From an uncultured Nitrospinaceae bacterium (GTDB lineage Bacteria; UBA8248): 48,596 nucleotides of DNA. Both the position numbers and the translations under genes were made by a program. The stretch covers positions 20,277-68,872 of the forward strand of contig CAYWAX010000001.1 of assembly GCA_964456425.1 (NCBI GenBank), written 5' to 3'. Of the stretch, positions 10,482 through 17,087 are shown piece after piece. Under the pieces are notes generated by a model, which saw only the letters and a list, made by a program, of their open reading frames with translations, was not told where the DNA came from and did not search any database. Within the stretch, counting starts at the first letter, position 1; every line of letters starts with the position of its first letter.

Positions 10482-10946
10482 ATGAGCGGAGTAAAGATTA
10501 TATCCGTGAATAAAAAAGCAAGAATGGAATTTGCGGTGGAAGATACCTACGAAGCAGGCATGGTGTTAACCGGTACCGAAGTGAAATCTATTCGTGAGGG
10601 ACACGTCAGTCTTAAAGAAAGTTTTGGGGACGTGAGGGACGGTGAAGTGTGGCTAGTTGATTGTCATATTAACCCATACGGACACGGGAATGTTCATAAT
10701 CACGAAACTACAAGGATTCGAAAGCTTCTTTTCCATAAAAACGAAATTCGCCGTTTGATAGGAAAAATTAACGAGAGAGGATATGCGTTAGTTCCCCTAA
10801 AAATGTATTTTAAGGCCGGAAAGGTGAAACTTGAAATAGGTCTCGGAAAAGGGAAAAAGATGCATGATAGGCGTGAGGACTTAAAAAAACGTGATGCCAA
10901 CCGCGAAATTGAACGTGCCCTTCGTGACCGACATAAAGGAAGATAG
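10482..10946 (+). CDS. smpB: SsrA-binding protein SmpB
   Basis: 154 aa. NKKARMEF...EAGMVLTGTEVKSIR...HKNEIRRL, classic SmpB. Confidence 0.95.
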   Translation: MSGVKIISVNKKARMEFAVEDTYEAGMVLTGTEVKSIREGHVSLKESFGDVRDGEVWLVDCHINPYGHGNVHNHETTRIRKLLFHKNEIRRLIGKINERGYALVPLKMYFKAGKVKLEIGLGKGKKMHDRREDLKKRDANREIERALRDRHKGR

Positions 10947-10965
10947 TTTCCTAGGAGATTGTGTG

Positions 10966-11160
10966 ATGAATATTTTTACTGATTATACACTTAGCTGGTG
11001 GCAAATGGGTTTGGTGAAATATTCCTCTTTTGCTTTGGGACTGATGATAGGTTCCATATGGCCTCTTTTTTTTAAACGGTATCGTCTGTTCTTTTGGATG
11101 TTTATCATTGGATCTTGGATCTATCTTATTCCCTTAGGGATACAATTGATGTTTTCATAA
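10966..11160 (+). CDS. Small hypothetical membrane protein (64 aa, two hydrophobic spans)
   Basis: The ORF track gives 10891-11160, overlapping smpB. The internal ATG at 10966 leaves MNIFTDYTLSWWQMGLVKYSSFALGLMIGSIWPLFF... No recognisable family. Confidence 0.3.
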   Translation: MNIFTDYTLSWWQMGLVKYSSFALGLMIGSIWPLFFKRYRLFFWMFIIGSWIYLIPLGIQLMFS

Positions 11161-11185
11161 TCTTCTTTTTTTGTAATGATGGTCT

Positions 11186-11213
11186 TTTACATAAGTTCAC
11201 CATGTGTTATATC
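11186..11213 (+). promoter_or_regulatory. Candidate sigma70-type promoter for the tmRNA precursor
   Basis: TTTACA - 16 nt - TGtTATATC (extended -10), about 50 nt upstream of the mature tmRNA 5' end. By-eye match only. Confidence 0.3.
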
Positions 11214-11263
11214 GCATTCCCACAAAACTTTTGGTCGTCGTTTTGTGGAGAATCTTCATTTAT

Positions 11264-11620
11264 GGGGGCGACCTGGTTTCGACGGGAGGATTTGAAGTCT
11301 GAGCTGCGTGTCGGGGACGCCACTTGGCCCCGTTATCAATGTGGCAAAACTATACCAGCAGATAAACAGCTGGCTCTCGCAGCCTAGATTGCGAGCGTCT
11401 CTCCTTTTTTTGTCCGTGAGATTGGAAGAGACGACGTTAGCGGACTAGTTTGAATTTTCTTCTGTTCGTAGGGAATTTGAGCGAAATTTAATCGAACTAG
11501 CTAGGGTGACTGCACTCTGGCGAGCGCTAACCCCGGCGAATCTTTAATCGCCAGATACACACGTAGACGCTCACGGCTGAAACCTTGCGGACGCGGGTTC
11601 GATTCCCGCCGCCTCCACCA
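11264..11620 (+). ncRNA. ssrA: tmRNA (SsrA), 357 nt
   Basis: 5' GGGGGCGACCUGGUUUCGACGGG and 3' GGACGCGGGUUCGAUUCCCGCCGCCUCCACCA form a tRNA-Ala-like acceptor (GGGGGCG/CGCCUCC with G3:U) and T-arm with encoded CCA. Internal tag frame ...GGC AAA ACU AUA CCA GCA GAU AAA CAG CUG GCU CUC GCA GCC UAG (11342-11386) ends in ...ADKQLALAA. Confidence 0.9.
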
Positions 11621-11686
11621 AATATTTTCTGCTTCTCTATCTTTTTGTTTTCGTTTTTATTCAGAATTGTAGGCCATATTGGGCCT

Positions 11687-12220
11687 ATGAATTCTTTTAC
11701 TAAAATTTGCATACTTTTTCTTATCTTCTCTGTAAATTTTTCTCTTGTTTATGCAAAACAGTCTTTGAGAAAAAACAGGATACATCAAGAGGCTCTTTCT
11801 GCTGCTAAGAAAGGAGATTACGGTGTTGCTTATCGAAAATGGCTCTCTTTAGCGAAAAATGGAAATACAGATGCACAGTATAATATTGCAACGATGTATA
11901 TAAGAGGCGATGGTCTACAAAAAAACAATAAATTGTCGTTATACTGGTTTTTACAAGCGGCAAAACGAGGACATGTTGAATCGCAATTTATGTTGGGTAA
12001 GATATATTATGATGGAATAAGTGTAAGGAGAAGCTATACAAAATCATTCGCATGGTTACATAAAGCGGCAAAACAAGGACATTCAAAAGCGAGAAATAAT
12101 CTTGCTTTAATGTATTACCATGGTAGAGGAGTAAAAAAAGATTTAGGGAAAGCTTTTAAATGGTCTTTAAAAGTATCTGAAAATAATTTAATTAGTACTG
12201 AACATCCTCTGGGTCAATAA
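11687..12220 (+). CDS. Secreted Sel1-repeat (SLR/TPR-like) protein
   Basis: Signal-like N-terminus MNSFTKICILFLIFSVNFSLVYA, then repeated A..W..KAAKQGH..AQ..L..MY..G.GV.KD units. Start moved to 11687 because the longest ORF (11585) overlaps the tmRNA 3' end. Confidence 0.8.
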   Translation: MNSFTKICILFLIFSVNFSLVYAKQSLRKNRIHQEALSAAKKGDYGVAYRKWLSLAKNGNTDAQYNIATMYIRGDGLQKNNKLSLYWFLQAAKRGHVESQFMLGKIYYDGISVRRSYTKSFAWLHKAAKQGHSKARNNLALMYYHGRGVKKDLGKAFKWSLKVSENNLISTEHPLGQ

Positions 12221-12827
12221 TTTTCCAAAGATACCAAACCGCAACGGTTTTATAACCTTCCCATTTTTTAGAAATTTTTATTAAGTTCGGTATTTTGGGT
12301 TCCTTGATTTTATAAATACGTACCGCACTATTTACAAAGCCAAGATCTTTGACAGGAAGAACATTAGATCTATTTAACTGGAAAATAAGGTACATCTGTG
12401 CAGTCCATTCTCCTATTCCTTTGAGCACCGTTAACTTTTCGATAATAGTTATATCATCTAGATTCTGAAATCCAGAAAAATACTTAGGTTCTTCTACAAA
12501 TTTTGTAGAAAGAATCCGGAGGTATTCTACTTTTTGACGAGATAATCCTGAATTTCGAAGGGTAGAATCTTTTGCAGAATATACCCCTTTGGGACTAAAT
12601 CTATCGATATTGGATTTTAGTTTTTTAAGAACGCTTGCTGCAGCAGCTACTGAAATTTGTTGTCCAATAATCGATTTGGCTAACGTTTGAAAGGGGGTGA
12701 AATTTCTTGTGAGAAACTGTGTGTCACCCGCTTTTTGCATGACTTTTTTTAAAATGGGATCTTTTTTTGCAAGTTCTCTTTTCGCTTTATCCCAGTAAAA
12801 AGGTTTTTCATTGTATTTGGTTAACAT
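12192..12827 (-). CDS. HhH-GPD DNA glycosylase (DNA-3-methyladenine glycosylase II / AlkA-like)
   Basis: 211 aa. SIIGQQISVAAAASV helix-hairpin-helix region, LKGIGEWTAQMYLIF, catalytic-position Asp in VKDLG. Confidence 0.75.
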   Translation of the reverse strand: MLTKYNEKPFYWDKAKRELAKKDPILKKVMQKAGDTQFLTRNFTPFQTLAKSIIGQQISVAAAASVLKKLKSNIDRFSPKGVYSAKDSTLRNSGLSRQKVEYLRILSTKFVEEPKYFSGFQNLDDITIIEKLTVLKGIGEWTAQMYLIFQLNRSNVLPVKDLGFVNSAVRIYKIKEPKIPNLIKISKKWEGYKTVAVWYLWKIIDPEDVQY

Positions 12828-12863
12828 AGGGTCTCAACCAAGAGAAGAAAATCAAAAAAGATT

Positions 12864-13457
12864 TTAAGGTTTTCCAATTAACGATTTTCGAAAACGGTGG
12901 GTAACCGTGATTCCATCGATGGGAGGCATGATAAGAGGAAGGTCTTCTTTAGCTACCCTAATATTTATAAAAACAGGACCTGTCCCGCTGATAATTTCTT
13001 GTTGGGCATTGGCAAGATCTTCTTTTGTAATTGCGGTGGAGGCATTTTCTATACCTGCTCCTTTCGCGACCATTTCTAGGTTGGTTCCGCCTGAAGTAGC
13101 CGTTTCTTGGCCACCTGTTTCTCCGTAAATACCGTTATCTAAAACCGCGATTGCTAGGTTAGATGGTTTTTGGGTACCAATTGTAGCTAAAATTCCCAGA
13201 CTCATTAACATATCCCCGTCTCCTGTAATCACTAGAACACGGTTTTCCTCTCTTGCAAGTGCTAGTCCAAGAGCAGTAGGCACGGTCATTCCCATAGCAC
13301 CTATAAAATAAAAATTTTGATCGGTGTCTCCAGCGGCAGCTAAATCCCAGGTGGAGGATCCAAGACCGGAGAGAACAAGAAGATCTGGTTTTCTATCTTT
13401 GACAAGTTCAGCAACGACTTCTCTTCTTAAAAGTGTAGACACCTTAATTTTCCTCAA
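12864..13457 (-). CDS. ThDP-dependent decarboxylase beta subunit (sulfopyruvate/phosphonopyruvate decarboxylase ComE-like, PP-binding domain)
   Basis: 197 aa. ThDP-Mg motif ITGDGDMLMSLGILATIG...VLDNG. 14-nt overlap with the upstream alpha-subunit gene. Confidence 0.7.
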   Translation of the reverse strand: MRKIKVSTLLRREVVAELVKDRKPDLLVLSGLGSSTWDLAAAGDTDQNFYFIGAMGMTVPTALGLALAREENRVLVITGDGDMLMSLGILATIGTQKPSNLAIAVLDNGIYGETGGQETATSGGTNLEMVAKGAGIENASTAITKEDLANAQQEIISGTGPVFINIRVAKEDLPLIMPPIDGITVTHRFRKSLIGKP

Positions 13458-13956
13458 ATTGTTTAGCGCCGATTAATCTTTGCGATAGAAGAACGGAAAC
13501 AGGCTTTCTTGTATTAAACGCAAATTTTACGGCTGCATCTGTCGTTTCATATACCTCTTCAGCATTGTTGGCTCTAAAATTTGTAACTCCCATTGCTTCA
13601 AACACCTTTGGGGTACCCTGTCCCATAGGGACTTGCCAAGGAATAAATTCTCCCCATTCTCCTCGCATAGATACGACCGTGACGAAAGGCATTTTACAGG
13701 TGACAGGAAGAGCAAGGGCATTGATAGTATTTCCTACCCCGCTACTTTGCATTAAAAGCGCGCCTTTCTCACCCCCAAGCCAAGCGCCACTTACAAGACC
13801 TACCCCTTCTTCCTCAGTAGTAAGGGTAACGACCTTGATATTTTCGTCTTGTTCGCACATTTGTAGAAGCTGTAGATGTCCAGCATCCGGAACATGGCAC
13901 ACGCAGGTAATATTCTGTTCTTTAAATACTTTGAATATTTCAGCTGGCCAGTTCAT
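13444..13956 (-). CDS. ThDP-dependent decarboxylase alpha subunit (ComD-like, PYR domain)
   Basis: 170 aa. VCHVPDAG...TTEEEGVGLVSGAWLGGEKGALLMQSSGVGN. The size and split architecture match archaeal-type ComD/ComE. Confidence 0.7.
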   Translation of the reverse strand: MNWPAEIFKVFKEQNITCVCHVPDAGHLQLLQMCEQDENIKVVTLTTEEEGVGLVSGAWLGGEKGALLMQSSGVGNTINALALPVTCKMPFVTVVSMRGEWGEFIPWQVPMGQGTPKVFEAMGVTNFRANNAEEVYETTDAAVKFAFNTRKPVSVLLSQRLIGAKQFEEN

Positions 13957-13971
13957 CTTATTTTTCCTAAT

Positions 13972-14622
13972 TTATTTAGTTTGTTCGTTTGGGTGCACTT
14001 TATCCGGTGGAGGATATACTCGCTCCATTTGGAAAATATCTTGTGTCCTGCAATAGTTAGCGCCGCCAAGTCTTCCTAACGGTTCTAATTTTTCAGGATT
14101 AATATATTTTCCATCAATCATAAGATCCTCTCTTACATGCCACAATAGGATTCTTCCAATCACAAGATGTGTTTTCCATTTATCTCCGTATGTGTGAAGG
14201 TGTTCTAATTCGCATTCCATAGTGATAGGAGAATCTTTAATACGCGGCGCTTTTACGATCTGAGAAGGTTCTGTTTCTAAATCAAGTTCTTTGAATTCGT
14301 TTTCTTCAGGTTTAAAATTTGCAGAACTTTCGTTCATGGCATTTCCAGTTTCATTTACTACGGTGTGTATCACATATCCTTTAGTTTCTATGATATTTCT
14401 AGAGGTATCTTTCATATTATAATCTCGTTCTCCTACAGAAATCGATACCAGAGGAGGAGCATGACAAACGCAGGTAAAAAAACTAAAAGGAGCAAGATTA
14501 GCAACTCCATCGGAACTTATCGAACTTACCCATGCTATAGGTCTAGGAACGATAGAGCCCGCTAAGAGTCTATAAGTTTGCATATGGTCAATTTCAGATG
14601 TATTAAATGTTACGTAACTCAT
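13972..14622 (-). CDS. Flavin reductase-like FMN-binding domain protein
   Basis: 216 aa. IVPRPIAWVSSISSDGVANLAPFSFF is the hallmark of the flavin reductase-like (HpaC-type split-barrel) domain. Confidence 0.8.
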   Translation of the reverse strand: MSYVTFNTSEIDHMQTYRLLAGSIVPRPIAWVSSISSDGVANLAPFSFFTCVCHAPPLVSISVGERDYNMKDTSRNIIETKGYVIHTVVNETGNAMNESSANFKPEENEFKELDLETEPSQIVKAPRIKDSPITMECELEHLHTYGDKWKTHLVIGRILLWHVREDLMIDGKYINPEKLEPLGRLGGANYCRTQDIFQMERVYPPPDKVHPNEQTK

Positions 14623-14648
14623 AAAAATCCTCGTAGAAATATTTAGTT

Positions 14649-14701
14649 AAAAAAAGAATTTATCGCTTTTCAGTATCGATGTGATAGAAAAGCGATAAAT
14701 T
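14649..14701 (-). terminator. Rho-independent terminator after the selenoprotein gene
   Basis: Perfect 15-bp arms AATTTATCGCTTTTC (14657-14671) and GAAAAGCGATAAATT (14687-14701). On the minus strand the hairpin is followed by C + TTTTTTT (plus-strand A-run 14649-14655). Confidence 0.65.
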
Positions 14702-14732
14702 CAGTATGTGTCTATAATAAATTACCTAAACG

Positions 14733-15368
14733 TTATGCGTTTTGTTCAGCCAAGAGTTCATCAAGGACTTCTTCCAGCCTATCTGCTTCAGCCCAGTCAG
14801 CCTTATATGCAATTTTACCCTCTTTATCAACAACAAAAGTCATATTCGGCATTCTGCCAAATGCAGTAACAACTGCTTCATCTAGACCATCAATGAGTAC
14901 AGGAACCTTCATATCATGTTCTTTTACCAACTGTGAAGCGTATTCTTTTTTATGCTCGTAAGATGTGTGCTGTGTGAAATTTTTAAAATATCTACCTTCT
15001 TCAGCATGAGGTTCTTTGGAATATACTACGAAAAATTCTACATCTTTCGAACGGTATTTTTCGTATGCGTCTTCTATGCCAGGCACCTGCCGGCGATAGG
15101 GAGGTCAGGTGATAGCACCAAATTCAATCACGATATTTTTTTTGCCCTTAAAATCTTCTAGGTTAAATTCTACATCTTCTGTAGTCTTTAACTTTACAGG
15201 AGGCATTGCATCTCCGGATTTAAGAGTGTCTACAAATGCGTTTTTTCTTTCTTTTCGAGATCCCGTGAAAACATTACGGTAAATAAACTTCCACTTATCA
15301 ATGTACAGCGAACTCCAGAATCCAAATAATGGGCCCGGAGGTCTATCAAAAATTTCTTCTTTTTTCAT
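14733..15368 (-). CDS. Iodothyronine-deiodinase-like thioredoxin-fold selenoprotein (211 aa; in-frame UGA at complement 15105-15107 read as Sec)
   Basis: Track ORFs 15105-15368 and 14733-15086 share one frame and are separated only by TGA plus six sense codons. The joined product reads ...KGKKNIVIEFGAIT-U-PPYRRQVPGIEDAYEKYRSKDVEFFVVYSKEPHAEEG..., matching the deiodinase FGS.TUP.F ... F.V(I)Y..EAH core. A SECIS-like hairpin follows the UGA. Confidence 0.8.
15074..15099 (-). promoter_or_regulatory. Candidate bacterial SECIS hairpin
   Basis: mRNA reads UGA CCUCC [CUAU C GCC GG C(AGGU)G CC U GGC AUAG]. That is 4 bp, a C bulge, 3 bp, a bulged U, 3 bp, and an apical AGGU loop beginning 16 nt after the UGA. 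G-containing loop plus bulged U resembles the fdhF-type SECIS. Confidence 0.6.
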
Positions 15369-15471
15369 AGAGTTAACCCCCCATGTAGTTAAAAAATTTA
15401 ACTTTCATCTAATGTATTTTAATTATATTTATTTTCAACTCTAATTGCCAGTAATACTTTTTTTTTTATTA

Positions 15472-16467
15472 CTAAAGTCCAAGAAGCTTTGCAGGTATTT
15501 TTCGAAGAATATTATCTTCTTCTTCTGAAGAGAGTCCTGCATCTTCTACAAAGTCTACAACATTTTCCTGCATCATATCGTAAGGATAATCTGTCCCACA
15601 TATAACATGTTCAGAACCAACTTCTTGTACAAGCCATTTGAGACCTGAAGGATTAAACGTAATCACATCAAAATATAGATTTTTAAAATAATGACGAGGG
15701 GGATGAGGTGTATGGACCTTTGTTTCTGGTCGCTCCTCCCATGCGTGTTCTATTCTTCCAATTGCCCAAGGGAGATTTCCTCCTGCATGTGCGAGGAGTA
15801 CCTTAAGGTTTGGATACCTTTCGAAATGTCCTGATAAAATTAATCTAGTGGCTGCGACAGTTGTTGATAAGGGATTCCCAACACAATTTGCCATGTAAAA
15901 GGGGAAAAGTGGTTTATAATCCGCAAAATCAGGATGTATAAAAACTAACGCTCCTAATTTTTCGGCTGCTTCCCAAAAGGCATCAAATTGCGGTTCGTCT
16001 AAAGCCTGACCAGCGATTCTATCAGAAATAATACAACCTAAAAGACCATTAGACATACTTCTTTCCAACTCCTTTGCCGCGTCTACTCCTCCGTTTTGTA
16101 GCGGAAGATTGGCAAGTCCTCTGAATTGAGCATAATTATTTTTACAGAAATCAGCAGTCCCATTATTTTGTAATTCTATAATTTCTTTTCCTTTAGAACC
16201 TCCTATCCAATAATAAAATGTTGGAGGTGGAGGCGATACAAGTGCCATATCAAGTTTATCTGCTTTCATGTCACTTAATTTTCTATCTAGACTAAGAAGT
16301 TGTTCTCCCCATTTTTCTTTAGTAAGTTTAGCGTTATGTTTTGATGAGACCTCGGGAAAAAAACCTTCAAAGCTATCTGCATGTTGCGGACGCTTGTCTC
16401 TTTCTACTTTAGCTAAATCTTCTGCTTCTTGTATATAAATGTGGTGATGCATATCTATGTTCGACAA
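15472..16467 (-). CDS. Amidohydrolase_2 (ACMSD-like metal-dependent decarboxylase/hydrolase) family protein
   Basis: 331 aa. IDMHHHIY start, LLAHAGG, GTDYPYDM. The C-terminus DAGLSSEEEDNILRK parallels NAGLSSDEYDNISHK of 3492-4475. AGGAG RBS before the TTG start. Confidence 0.8.
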   Translation of the reverse strand: MSNIDMHHHIYIQEAEDLAKVERDKRPQHADSFEGFFPEVSSKHNAKLTKEKWGEQLLSLDRKLSDMKADKLDMALVSPPPPTFYYWIGGSKGKEIIELQNNGTADFCKNNYAQFRGLANLPLQNGGVDAAKELERSMSNGLLGCIISDRIAGQALDEPQFDAFWEAAEKLGALVFIHPDFADYKPLFPFYMANCVGNPLSTTVAATRLILSGHFERYPNLKVLLAHAGGNLPWAIGRIEHAWEERPETKVHTPHPPRHYFKNLYFDVITFNPSGLKWLVQEVGSEHVICGTDYPYDMMQENVVDFVEDAGLSSEEEDNILRKIPAKLLGL

Positions 16468-16728
16468 TGGTTTCTCCTTCCTTTCGTTTGTCTATAAAAC
16501 ACATAGTAAGATTTTTAACAACAAACTCTAATGTTTATAAATTAAGTTATTTTGAGCGTATGATTTGTTCTTACAGACGTCAAACGAATTTTTATATCCT
16601 TTTTGTTTTTTTGATGTTGACGTTTACCTTTGAGGAGTGAGAGACTTCCGCACTTGATTTTAGTAGTAGGATTTAAGACAATCACCGTTGTTTTTTTTAT
16701 TAGGTTTAATCTTTTTGATGAGATTTGG

Positions 16729-17064
16729 ATGATGGACAAAAATTCAGAGTTTTTGCCGCGTTCTTATGATGGATTACAAAAACTCCAAAAAGAGTTTCTA
16801 GATTACCAATCTATTGCTTTCCCAACTAGAGAGCCTCGTTTTTTTGCTCTAGAACTAGCTGGTGAGGTAGGAGAACTTGCTAACCTAGAAAAAAAAGAGT
16901 GGAAAGGAAAAAAAATTAAGAATTCTGATTTTGTAGATGAGACTGCAGATGTAATGATAGCTATAATAAATTATGCAAACTCAAAGGGTATAGATTTATC
17001 TTGTGCTGTAAGTGAGAAGATGAAAAAAATTGATAAAATAAGAATAGAAAATCCAGAAGTATAA
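16729..17064 (+). CDS. MazG-like nucleoside triphosphate pyrophosphohydrolase domain protein
   Basis: 111 aa from the ATG at 16729. LELAGEVGELANLEKKE ... DETADVMIAIINYA is the EExxE...D four-helix MazG pattern. The longest ORF starts at 16630 with an implausible hydrophobic leader. Confidence 0.7.
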   Translation: MMDKNSEFLPRSYDGLQKLQKEFLDYQSIAFPTREPRFFALELAGEVGELANLEKKEWKGKKIKNSDFVDETADVMIAIINYANSKGIDLSCAVSEKMKKIDKIRIENPEV

Positions 17065-17087
17065 TTTAAATAAGGAAATAAATATTT

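Noticed and set aside
11094-11712. ORFs 11094-11387 (+), 11527-11712 (-), and the 11585 start of the Sel1 gene.
   Set aside because: They translate through the tmRNA gene. The first merely captures the tmRNA tag frame (...GKTIPADKQLALAA). They are not protein genes.
12897-14079. Cluster of plus-strand ORFs (12897-13079, 12907-13128, 13565-14056, 13876-14079) and minus-strand 13527-13721.
   Set aside because: They are shadow ORFs antisense to, or out of frame within, the well-supported ThDP decarboxylase genes. Their translations are low-complexity (Pro/Ser/Cys-rich) and lack motifs. Their length is explained by the locally higher GC content.
15105-15107. UGA reassigned genome-wide (Trp or Gly codes).
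   Set aside because: TGA terminates rplT (32547-32549) at the expected protein end, and reading it as sense is not needed for any other gene in the window.
14733-15368. Reading the split deiodinase-like gene as a pseudogene, or as two separate small genes.
   Set aside because: The only interruption is a single TGA, and it falls exactly at the family's catalytic Sec/Cys position. Both halves are otherwise intact and in frame. The downstream half would have to start at a GTG with no RBS. A SECIS-like hairpin follows the TGA. A pseudogene remains possible only if the genome lacks the Sec machinery.
16590-16640. Inverted repeat ACGTCAA ... TTGACGT in the amidohydrolase / MazG-like divergent spacer, considered as an operator or riboswitch.
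   Set aside because: There are only 7 bp arms with a loop of about 30 nt. I could see no further conserved structure and no resemblance to known riboswitch cores.
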